From positions 62,001 through 113,276 of the forward strand of contig DHPR01000019.1 of NCBI GenBank assembly GCA_002410925.1: a stretch of 51,276 nucleotides of DNA. Reading direction: 5' to 3'. This document shows, piece by piece, positions 11,033-19,392 of the stretch. The stretch comes from a bacterium UBP13_UBA5359 (GTDB lineage Bacteria > UBP13 > UBA5359). The position numbers were made by a program, and so were the translations under genes. Position 1 is the first letter of the stretch, and each line of letters begins with the position of its first letter. The notes below the pieces were generated by a model. That model had not been told where the DNA came from, ran no database searches, and was given only the letters and a program-made list of their open reading frames with translations.

Positions 11033-11158
11033 TGTCGCTCTCCCCCTTATACTTCACTCTTCGCTATATATCCGGGAGGGTAAAATCAACCGCTATCTAC
11101 ATTCCTTATTACCGCAATGTCCATACTTATAAACTTCCGGTTGCCCGGTTACAAATCA

Positions 11159-11731
11159 TTACCAATTCTCTGCCAGTATTTCAAAATATGCCTGCGGGTG
11201 AGCACATGCAGGGCAAAGCTTCGGTGCCTCTTTGCCTTCATGCACATAACCGCAGTTACGACAACGCCAGGCTACAACATCATCCTTCCGGAAAACCTTG
11301 CCGGATAAGATATTGCTCATCATGCTCCGATAACGCTTTTCATGCTGCTTCTCAGCTACAGCTATGGCCTCGAATATCAGGGCGATATTTTCCAATCCCT
11401 CCTGCCTGGCTACAGCAGCAAAGGAGGGATACATATCCGTCCATTCATGGTTCTCGCCATCGGCAGCCGCCTTAAGGTTATCAGCCGTAGTGCCTATAGT
11501 TCCGGCAGGAAAGAGAGCCTGCACCTGCACATCTCCGCCTTCCAGCAACTTGAACAGCCTCCCGGCATGTTCTTTCTCCTGATTAGCCGTCTCCTCAAAG
11601 ACATCGGCTATCTGGACATATCCTTCCTTTCTGGCTCGGGAAGCAAAATAGGCGTACCTGTTTCTGGCCTGAGACTCTCCCGCAAATGCTGTCAGAATGT
11701 TGATCTCTGTCTTTGTTCCTTTCAAGCTCAT
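11159..11731 (-). CDS. rbr: Rubrerythrin
   Basis: AFAGESQARNRY, EKEHA, EKQHE di-iron ligands; C-terminal WRCRNCGY...CPACAHP rubredoxin-like domain. Confidence 0.96.
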   Translation of the reverse strand: MSLKGTKTEINILTAFAGESQARNRYAYFASRARKEGYVQIADVFEETANQEKEHAGRLFKLLEGGDVQVQALFPAGTIGTTADNLKAAADGENHEWTDMYPSFAAVARQEGLENIALIFEAIAVAEKQHEKRYRSMMSNILSGKVFRKDDVVAWRCRNCGYVHEGKEAPKLCPACAHPQAYFEILAENW

Positions 11732-11797
11732 CTCTCTTCTCCTTTTTTATTTATTAGCTTTTCAGCCATTTATCCATTAGCTATGGAAATTGAAATA

Positions 11798-12766
11798 TCA
11801 AATACTTTGAAGATGCCTTTGCCGATATTCTCCAGGCCGCTGGTTTATAAATTTCTTGAAAACCGTTGAAAAATATTGCGACGAAGAAAAGCCCAGAGAA
11901 TAAGCGATTGAGGTGATCGATTCATTGCCGCCGGAAAGCATCTTTTCAGCTAAAGCTATCTTGCAACGCAGAATATACTCAGCCGGCGGAATACCCACAA
12001 CCTGCTTGAACTTAGTTTTTATCCGAGAAACCGATAGATCGGCGACCGCTGCCAGTTCGTTGATGGAGATCGGACTGCCTATATTCTCTTCGATGTAATT
12101 AAGAATATCCTTTATATCATCAGGTTGATCTGTCTTCACCAGGAGATCGGCACAGCGCAACACTTCCAATAGAAAATCCATTACCTTTGCCGAGGCCGCC
12201 AACGGCCTGAGCGGTTCCGACAGGCTTGCTGCATCGCAGCCTTCCGGCATAGATGAAGCTCCTGATGAAGAAGGGTAAGCAACAATGGCAATTATCTCCT
12301 CCAATAAATCATGCAAAGCCCTTATGCCTCGAAAAGAGCGCCGCTCCAGCCGACACAAACGATCGATAAGCGGGCTGGCCTTGTCGGGAGAAAAAGCTAA
12401 AAAAGGCTCATCAATCCTGGGTATACGAATGAGCATCCAATAGAGAATTCCCTTATCTTCAGGGAAGCCGCCGGTGCTGTGCTCCTCATCCGGAAAGGTG
12501 ATATAAACATCATTGCCTCTTAGTGGATATTTGCGGCCGCCTGCTTCGTAAATCTGCATTCCGCTGGATAGATAGCAGATCTCCATGCAGCCCATATGCC
12601 GGTGCGTATGCAGAGGTGAATGCGCCCGGCAATACCTATAACGGCCCAGCAAAAGTTGCTCTTTGAAGCCCAGAATGGAAAAATCCAGCTGCAACCGCTC
12701 CTGCCTCTTTTGAGCCGCGGCCTTTGAACGGCGAATTACGAAATTTTGCATCTCATTCTTCTGCAT
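11798..12766 (-). CDS. AraC family transcriptional regulator
   Basis: Cupin HTHRH..MEICY; C-terminal double HTH with IAYSLGFSSSQYFSTVFKK. Start placed at the ATG with an AAGGTG RBS; the ORF is open to 12826. Confidence 0.9.
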   Translation of the reverse strand: MQKNEMQNFVIRRSKAAAQKRQERLQLDFSILGFKEQLLLGRYRYCRAHSPLHTHRHMGCMEICYLSSGMQIYEAGGRKYPLRGNDVYITFPDEEHSTGGFPEDKGILYWMLIRIPRIDEPFLAFSPDKASPLIDRLCRLERRSFRGIRALHDLLEEIIAIVAYPSSSGASSMPEGCDAASLSEPLRPLAASAKVMDFLLEVLRCADLLVKTDQPDDIKDILNYIEENIGSPISINELAAVADLSVSRIKTKFKQVVGIPPAEYILRCKIALAEKMLSGGNESITSIAYSLGFSSSQYFSTVFKKFINQRPGEYRQRHLQSI

Positions 12767-12945
12767 TTCGGCTTTCACCTTTCTCATATCAAAGATGGAA
12801 TAAGCTCCGCTCCCATACAGCCCCATGCTTTGTTTGAGATTGTAGCGGAATACGGCAATAAACGCAATACTATATCTAATAATATAGAATAAGATTGTAT
12901 TAAAGATTAAGCGGACATAGAGAATGGTATGCGGAGGTGCCGGTT

Positions 12946-14088
12946 ATGGATTATACAGCGCATAATGAGCAAGTTAAAAGGGTCTGGGAGAGCTATCACC
13001 GTGGAACGCCGATTCGCACCCCAATGATCCTGGGAGTGAATATACGCTGCTTTTTTGCCGATAAAGACGCCAATCCCGAACAAATGGATTTCAAATCCTA
13101 CAGCAATGACCCGGCTGTCATGTTCGATTATCAGCTGCGGTTCCAGGAATGGCTCAAGCTGACCCTGCCGCAGGATGCCGAAATGGGCTACCCACAGGAG
13201 GGCTGGAGCATAAGTGTAGATCTACAGAATTATTATGAAGCAGCATGGCTCGGTTGTGAAGTACATTACCGCGAAGGACAGGTGCCCGATACAGAACCGA
13301 TATTGGCTGGAGATAAAAAATACAAATTATTCGATGCGGGAATACCCGGACCCTTTGACGGGCTCATGCAAAAGAATCTCCATTATTACGAGGCATTTCA
13401 GGAAATGGCAAAGGGCTATCTTCGGTGCGAGCTTCCTATAAAAGAGATTTTCCCCTCCGGCCTCGGCACCGACGGCCCGCTGACTGTAGCCACCAGCCTG
13501 CGTGGCTCTGAGCTTTACACCGATTTTTATGAGGATCCGGAATATGTAAGAGAACTTCTCAATCTGATCACAGAGGCCACCATAAAGCGGCTCAGGGCCT
13601 GGCGTAGATATCTGGGACAGCCGAAAAAATCACCCTCTTTTGGGTTTGCCGACGACAGCCTTCAGTTGATTTCAGAAGAGAGCTACCGTGAGTTCGTACT
13701 TCCCTGTCACCGGCGGCTGGTCGAAGAATTAGGGCAGGGTGAGCGCGGCAGCATACACCTCTGCGGCGACGCCACCCGGCATTTCAAGACCATCAGGGAT
13801 GAGCTGAACGTATACTCCTTCGATACCGGCTTCCCCGTAGACTTTGCCGCTCTGCGTAAAGAACTGGGACCGGAAGTGCAGATACTCGGCGGCCCACGAG
13901 TGGAATTTCTGAGAACGGCCACACCGGATCAGGCCAGGGAAGAGGTGCTTCGCATACTGAACAGCGGCATCCGCGAGGGAGGTAAATTTATACTGCGTGA
14001 GGGCAACAACCTGGCACCGGGAACGCCGCTGGAGAATATTCGGGCAATGTATGATACCGTTTGCCGGCACAGCCGATTTGATCTATAG
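12946..14088 (+). CDS. Uroporphyrinogen decarboxylase / MtaA-CmuA superfamily TIM-barrel enzyme, function unknown
   Basis: GPLTVA..LRG, FADD, IHLCGD, GGKFILREGNNLAPGTPLENIRAM; GGAGGT RBS before ATG 12946; divergent from AraC. Confidence 0.85.
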   Translation: MDYTAHNEQVKRVWESYHRGTPIRTPMILGVNIRCFFADKDANPEQMDFKSYSNDPAVMFDYQLRFQEWLKLTLPQDAEMGYPQEGWSISVDLQNYYEAAWLGCEVHYREGQVPDTEPILAGDKKYKLFDAGIPGPFDGLMQKNLHYYEAFQEMAKGYLRCELPIKEIFPSGLGTDGPLTVATSLRGSELYTDFYEDPEYVRELLNLITEATIKRLRAWRRYLGQPKKSPSFGFADDSLQLISEESYREFVLPCHRRLVEELGQGERGSIHLCGDATRHFKTIRDELNVYSFDTGFPVDFAALRKELGPEVQILGGPRVEFLRTATPDQAREEVLRILNSGIREGGKFILREGNNLAPGTPLENIRAMYDTVCRHSRFDL

Positions 14089-14280
14089 CGGTTCTTATAC
14101 CGGCCGGACTAAAATATCCGCTTCTCTTCCTATATTGCTAGCCTTCTCTCCTGGCAATAGCTCTAATATTTTTGTTTGCTCGGATTCGAGATCCTCCTTC
14201 GTCGGACGGTGGATAACAGGTGGTAATCTCCTCTATATTGGACTATTTAAGCAAATCAAATTGCTGCTGATACTTTGTCA

Positions 14281-15579
14281 TTACTTCTTGTTATATCTGC
14301 TTGCTATCTGCCGGCAGGCCTCTTCCACAGACAGGCTTCCCACCTCTACAAGCTGAAAACGATTCAGAGCAAAGGATAGCCACTCTTCGCTGCCGGGCAT
14401 ATACGGGCACGGCCGGGCATCTTGTAATATATCCCTGAACATTATATTGACATCCGGCCGGTCTTTATAGTTTACGTAATCATCTTCATAAGCCGCAGCC
14501 TTCAGCACCGAAACATCGCTCCTGTCGGCGGTTATGATTCGTTGTCCCTTGGAACTAACCACAAAGCTGATAAAATTCCATGCTTCCTGAAAGTGTTCGG
14601 TTTTAGATGCGACGCTCAGGCAAGCCTGCGTAGTAAAACGATATGCTCCTTTGGGACCACGAGGCATAGGAGCAGCGCCCCAAGGGAATGATATGCCTCC
14701 TTGAGTAAGAACATCTACCGCATCTCTGCCGGACATACGCATTGCTACTTTTCCGGACTGAAAGGCATCTGCCAAAACTCCTGCCTGAAGTCCGGCAGAT
14801 TCTGCTTCTGTAGGAGCTATCCCTCTCTTCAATTTATAATCAGCCAGTGATCTGACGGCAGCCAGCGTCTCCTCGCTATCCAGCAAACATCTCTTCATAT
14901 CCTTGCTGTATATTTCTCCTCCATGGCTGTAAATATATGACATAAATATATTGTCCGTCAGACTCAGCCCGTAGATTATGCCGTATTGTACCTTTCTGCC
15001 ATTCTTCACTATAGTCAGCCTTTCAGCCGCCTGCATGAAATCCTCCCATGTCCAGTCATTATCAGGATAGCCTAATCCTGCCTTATCGAATAGCTCTTTG
15101 TTATAATATATGCCCGAAGTCCAGGTCCAGATGGGAATACCGAATACCTTGTTACCGCTCTTGGCCCCTTCCATGACTCTTGGCCACATGGCTTCTTCCG
15201 TCCTTCTGAATTCCGGCTGAGCCGTCATTCCCGCCAAGTCCATAAGAGCTCCTCGTGCACCTATGCTACGGGCGTCACGATTGTTTAGCAGAGCTACATC
15301 CGGCATAGTGCCAGAGGCGGCCATGGTCAAAATTTTCTGAGCATATGCTGTCCCCTGCACCGTCACCAGCCTGGCCGGCAGTCTGGGTCCGGTGGCATTA
15401 TAGGCATCAATCAACTTCTTGGCAAAAGCGGCATTGTAAACATCGCCCCACCATAAGACCGTCAGCGTCTCCCGCCGTGTTCCGGAAAAACAGCCTGTGC
15501 TCAGCAGCAACAATGCCACGAGCAGCATGCCTGAACAGATTTTTCCAGCTACACTTCCTCGATACACAGAAATTTTCAC
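14281..15579 (-). CDS. Sugar ABC transporter substrate-binding lipoprotein
   Basis: Lipobox LSTGC; IYYNKELFDKAGL, WTWEDF, AFQSGKVAM, AWNFISF. Likely GTG start 15579 with an AGGAG RBS; ORF open to 15645. Confidence 0.9.
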   Translation of the reverse strand: MKISVYRGSVAGKICSGMLLVALLLLSTGCFSGTRRETLTVLWWGDVYNAAFAKKLIDAYNATGPRLPARLVTVQGTAYAQKILTMAASGTMPDVALLNNRDARSIGARGALMDLAGMTAQPEFRRTEEAMWPRVMEGAKSGNKVFGIPIWTWTSGIYYNKELFDKAGLGYPDNDWTWEDFMQAAERLTIVKNGRKVQYGIIYGLSLTDNIFMSYIYSHGGEIYSKDMKRCLLDSEETLAAVRSLADYKLKRGIAPTEAESAGLQAGVLADAFQSGKVAMRMSGRDAVDVLTQGGISFPWGAAPMPRGPKGAYRFTTQACLSVASKTEHFQEAWNFISFVVSSKGQRIITADRSDVSVLKAAAYEDDYVNYKDRPDVNIMFRDILQDARPCPYMPGSEEWLSFALNRFQLVEVGSLSVEEACRQIASRYNKK

Positions 15580-15641
15580 AGCGCTTTCTCCTTTATCTAT
15601 TCGGCCTGCCGACGACCAAACGCAGGAATCCTCATCCGATT

Positions 15642-16553
15642 TCATGCCGGCTTGCTTTTTGGCAGATCAGCTCGCTGTGGCAAGTCAATCCAATTACCAG
15701 GATTAGACCTGGCTCTCGTCGCTGCATCTATCAAAGCCATTATCTCAAGAGTATCTTCATAAGGTGCAGGTGAAGCGCCGCCCAAGAAGAAGCTACAGAT
15801 GGAATCGACAAGAGATTTAAACATATTATCCGTACTGAATTCCATCGAAAACGCCCCTTCATCGAACATAATGCTTGCCTCAAATGGGTGAGCATACGGT
15901 TTGTCTCCGATATTACACGTAACTCTGTATTGAGTAATGCTGCCGAATCTGACATCGGGATAGCTGACCAGGAAGGACATGAAGTCTCCATCACCGATAT
16001 AGTATACGGATTGTGCGCCTTGTCCAAGCATCATTACCAACGGTTCAATATGATGTACACCATATACCTCGAACGAGCGGGCGCCTCTGATTGCAATAGA
16101 TCTGGGAGGCCTTTCCCTCTTCAGGCCATTAACATAGTCCTGAATCTCCGGCACGAATCTGAAAGCGGATGTCGTAAACATCGGCGTGTCATATTCCAAC
16201 GCCACGGCAATCATCTTCTCAGCCGTCTTATAATCAGGAGCAAATGTCTTATCTATATATATGCTCTTCCCGGATTTCAACGCTTCCTCGGACAAAGCCA
16301 TATGGCGTTCGGGATTGTTAGGCGATAAAACTATGACATTGTCGGATTTTGCTACTACTTCCGCCGGTGAATCCAACAATTGCACACCGTTTCGTTCGCA
16401 CCATTCGGCACTGTCAACTCCCTCGTAAGGAACTTCACCATAGGCATAGCATACTTCAAAATCCTTTGCATGCCGCGTTTCCCTAATCATTTCCAAATAA
16501 CAGTTTGCATGAAAGTTGTTCAAATAATGGTCTATAAATCCTATTTTCCGCAT
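15642..16553 (-). CDS. Atypical Gfo/Idh/MocA-like oxidoreductase
   Basis: Rossmann-like start KIGFID, PERH, YIDKTFAP in place of EKP, YGVHHIE. Confidence 0.7.
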   Translation of the reverse strand: MRKIGFIDHYLNNFHANCYLEMIRETRHAKDFEVCYAYGEVPYEGVDSAEWCERNGVQLLDSPAEVVAKSDNVIVLSPNNPERHMALSEEALKSGKSIYIDKTFAPDYKTAEKMIAVALEYDTPMFTTSAFRFVPEIQDYVNGLKRERPPRSIAIRGARSFEVYGVHHIEPLVMMLGQGAQSVYYIGDGDFMSFLVSYPDVRFGSITQYRVTCNIGDKPYAHPFEASIMFDEGAFSMEFSTDNMFKSLVDSICSFFLGGASPAPYEDTLEIMALIDAATRARSNPGNWIDLPQRADLPKSKPA

Positions 16554-16599
16554 TTCAATCCTTCTCTCTGCCGGCCATATCGGCCACGGCTGGAATCGT

Positions 16600-17556
16600 T
16601 CAGCATGAACTCCTATAAGCGGCGCTGATTATCTCCATCGCCCGTACTCCGTCTTCAATAGTGCAAGACAGCGTGTTCTCTCCCTTAACAGCACCAATAA
16701 AATGGTGAATTTCTTCTTCAAAACCGGTATGCAGCTCTACCGTCTCTACAGTCCAGTCCTCGTCTCCCAAAGCACGATAAAGAACCTTTTCCGGCTCGAT
16801 ATAGCTGTAGTAAGCCCTTCCGCTAGTACCGATGATATCTATAAAGGCATGAGGGCTACCTGCAACAAAAGAGGACTGCAGAGATCCGACGGTGCCGTTT
16901 TCCGCTTTGACGATCATAATAGCTGTATCTTCTACATCCGTACTCTTGAAATGTCTGTGCATTACCGCCTTCTGATCTACCACCTCTCCAATCAGAAAGC
17001 GGAAGAAATCTATAGAATGGCTGTTGGTATCCATAAGGCTGCCGCCGCCGGCAACAGCTTTTTTAGTAAACCATTTTGCCTCCATGTGAAAAGCAGGCCT
17101 GCAGAAAATATTATTAAAAAGGACCACTTCACCGAGCCGCCCAGTCTGCACCATTTCCTTGAGCCTTACAAGCGGCGGCAGAAACCTGTGCCTGAAAGCC
17201 GGCATAAAAACAGCTGTAGATCGTCTGGCGGCCGCCAGCATACGATGTGCAGCATGTTCATCGTATGCCATCGGTTTTTCACAGAGAACGTGTATCCCGC
17301 GTTCAAGAGCATACACGGCGACCTCTTCATGAACAACCGGCGGAGTACAAATACTTATTGCTTCTGGAGCAATACTATCGATCATCTCTTTATAGTCACT
17401 GAAGACCTTGGGCTTACCTTTAATGCCGCCAGCCTTTTCTTGAGCAACCGCTTTATCGTAATCAGCCAGGCCGACGATATCAACGTCCTCCTTGGCATAA
17501 GCCGTCAAATGCTCTCCGGCTACTCCACCACAACCAACTATTCCTATTCGCATCAC
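16600..17556 (-). CDS. Gfo/Idh/MocA family oxidoreductase
   Basis: IGIVGCGGVA, ICTPPVVH, LCEKPMA, GGGSLMDTNSHSID. Confidence 0.93.
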   Translation of the reverse strand: MMRIGIVGCGGVAGEHLTAYAKEDVDIVGLADYDKAVAQEKAGGIKGKPKVFSDYKEMIDSIAPEAISICTPPVVHEEVAVYALERGIHVLCEKPMAYDEHAAHRMLAAARRSTAVFMPAFRHRFLPPLVRLKEMVQTGRLGEVVLFNNIFCRPAFHMEAKWFTKKAVAGGGSLMDTNSHSIDFFRFLIGEVVDQKAVMHRHFKSTDVEDTAIMIVKAENGTVGSLQSSFVAGSPHAFIDIIGTSGRAYYSYIEPEKVLYRALGDEDWTVETVELHTGFEEEIHHFIGAVKGENTLSCTIEDGVRAMEIISAAYRSSC

Positions 17557-18608
17557 ATTTCCCCTCTTTCATCGATGTATCTGGTCGTTTCACGGATAAT
17601 TAATTCAGGCTTTATCAAAATTTTGGCATTCCGCCATTTTTCATCTTCCGAGAAGAGTATTTCCAAGCCTATCCGGCCTATATCCGCCAGTTTCTGTTTA
17701 ACAACCGTAACCGGTGTGGATAAATATTCGGAAAAACTAATATCATCATAGGCCACCAGCGATATATCGTCGGGAATACGTACGCCGCGTTTACGCAAAA
17801 TGCTTAAAACACTTAGAGTAGTGCTGTGCGCATCCACCAGCATAGCCGTATGGGAAGGTGTAGCAACGCCGTTCTGTAAATCTCCTGTTTTTACAGTATA
17901 CCCTGCCGAAGATATCCCATACCTGGCAGCGGCTCTTACAAATCCCTTGTAACGTTCGGCTACCGCAAAGCTGGTCTCGATCCTGTTGTTGTACACATAG
18001 AGTATCTTCCTGTGCCCCATCTTAACCAGATGTTTGACAGCCTGATTTATACCGTAAATATTATCCGTTCTGGCATAGCCCAGGCCGGACCGCTCAAAAA
18101 CCGTATCAAGAAGAAAGACTGGTAATCCCATTCTCTTGATCTTAAGGGCATGTTCTCTGGAAGGCTCAATCAGCAGAAAACCAGACAATGACGGACTTAT
18201 AGATAATGAATCCAGGTCAGAGTAAACATTGAAGTCTATCTTGCAGTTATATTCTCCGGCAGCGGCAATCACGCCATCGATTATCTCTCGCGGATAGAAA
18301 TCATTGTCGAAGAGATTCTCCTTATAGCGAATAAGCAAGGCCACGCGCCTTTCACTTCCCGACATGGCCAGCTTCTCCGCCGCTGTATCGGTTACGTATG
18401 TTCCCAATCGGGGACGCCTGATCAAAAGACCCTCTTTGACCAGCGCTCCGGTCGCCATCTGAATGGTTCTATGGCAGACGCCATATTGCCTGCACAGCTC
18501 CGCCGTCGTCGGAATTTTAGCCCTTACCGGTAATACACCTTTGAAAATATCCTGCTTCAGGTCCTGTATTATCTGAATATAGAGCGGGTGTGACTTCGTT
18601 TCATTCAT
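17553..18608 (-). CDS. GntR-HTH / LacI-type sugar-binding domain regulator (AraR-like architecture)
   Basis: N-terminal PLYIQII...IPTTAELCRQYGV...RPRLGTYV; C-terminal HLVKMGHRKI, VRIPDDISLVAYDD, PELIIRET. Confidence 0.9.
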   Translation of the reverse strand: MNETKSHPLYIQIIQDLKQDIFKGVLPVRAKIPTTAELCRQYGVCHRTIQMATGALVKEGLLIRRPRLGTYVTDTAAEKLAMSGSERRVALLIRYKENLFDNDFYPREIIDGVIAAAGEYNCKIDFNVYSDLDSLSISPSLSGFLLIEPSREHALKIKRMGLPVFLLDTVFERSGLGYARTDNIYGINQAVKHLVKMGHRKILYVYNNRIETSFAVAERYKGFVRAAARYGISSAGYTVKTGDLQNGVATPSHTAMLVDAHSTTLSVLSILRKRGVRIPDDISLVAYDDISFSEYLSTPVTVVKQKLADIGRIGLEILFSEDEKWRNAKILIKPELIIRETTRYIDERGEM

Positions 18609-18675
18609 TCAAATTGTCTCCCATCTTCCGAACTGTGCCCAGTGGACATAGTTAACGGCAGCAGCCTCGCACAGA

Positions 18676-19365
18676 TCATTTAAAGCAGAGCTTTATACCA
18701 GGATAGTGAAATCCTGAATATTTGACGTTTAAAGCAGAGTTTTCTTTGGCATTCCCATACATTTTCATGCGGGCAAAATTAGTTAACCACATATTCCCTG
18801 CTTCAGGAACAGACTCCGATACGTCGGAGAAAGGCACAGCCACCTCGATTACCCAGCGATCAGAGGCTTGTGTAACCTTGCCTGTCCATTTGCCGTTCCA
18901 GTCGAATGGCTGATCTTCGGACCCGCCCCAATGAGCATCGCCCTTTAGTCCCAAAACATTCATACCCATCCAATAGTAATCTGTCATATCACCCACACAG
19001 AGATACCACTCGACTATGTCGATGGACATAACATCTTCTTCCCTCGGCTTATCCGGGCACTTCATAGCAGCAATCTCAGCCATATCCGGATTCATAGCTT
19101 CAATCCCCAGATAGATATGCCTATCATCATAGAGCACACGAACTACCGTTTGAGAGAGTGCCTTTTCATCAGCTTGCTCAGAAAGACGGAAACCGCTGAT
19201 CGGCACCGCTTTTTTCCAACAGGGGTCATCCAGACTGCCGTCGATTACCGGTACCGTCGGCGCTCTCTGCACAAGCATCTGCGTAACCATATCTTCTGCC
19301 GGCACCGTTTCACATATAACAAAGAGCAATGCCAGTATCCCCAGCCATGCCTTATTTATTGTCAT
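18676..19365 (-). CDS. Secreted CBM9-like (DOMON-type) sugar-binding protein
   Basis: Signal peptide; PVIDGSLDDPCW, VRVLYDDRHIYLG, WVIEVAVPFS, WLTNFAR. Confidence 0.8.
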   Translation of the reverse strand: MTINKAWLGILALLFVICETVPAEDMVTQMLVQRAPTVPVIDGSLDDPCWKKAVPISGFRLSEQADEKALSQTVVRVLYDDRHIYLGIEAMNPDMAEIAAMKCPDKPREEDVMSIDIVEWYLCVGDMTDYYWMGMNVLGLKGDAHWGGSEDQPFDWNGKWTGKVTQASDRWVIEVAVPFSDVSESVPEAGNMWLTNFARMKMYGNAKENSALNVKYSGFHYPGIKLCFK

Positions 19366-19392
19366 ACCGGATATCCTCCTGCACAGCTTTCA

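Noticed and set aside
12946-14088. hemE (true uroporphyrinogen decarboxylase)
   Set aside because: Lacks the N-terminal RQAGR motif, and there are no tetrapyrrole genes nearby.
16702-17751. 349-aa plus-strand ORF
   Set aside because: Antisense to a clear Gfo/Idh/MocA gene and the regulator; no family features.
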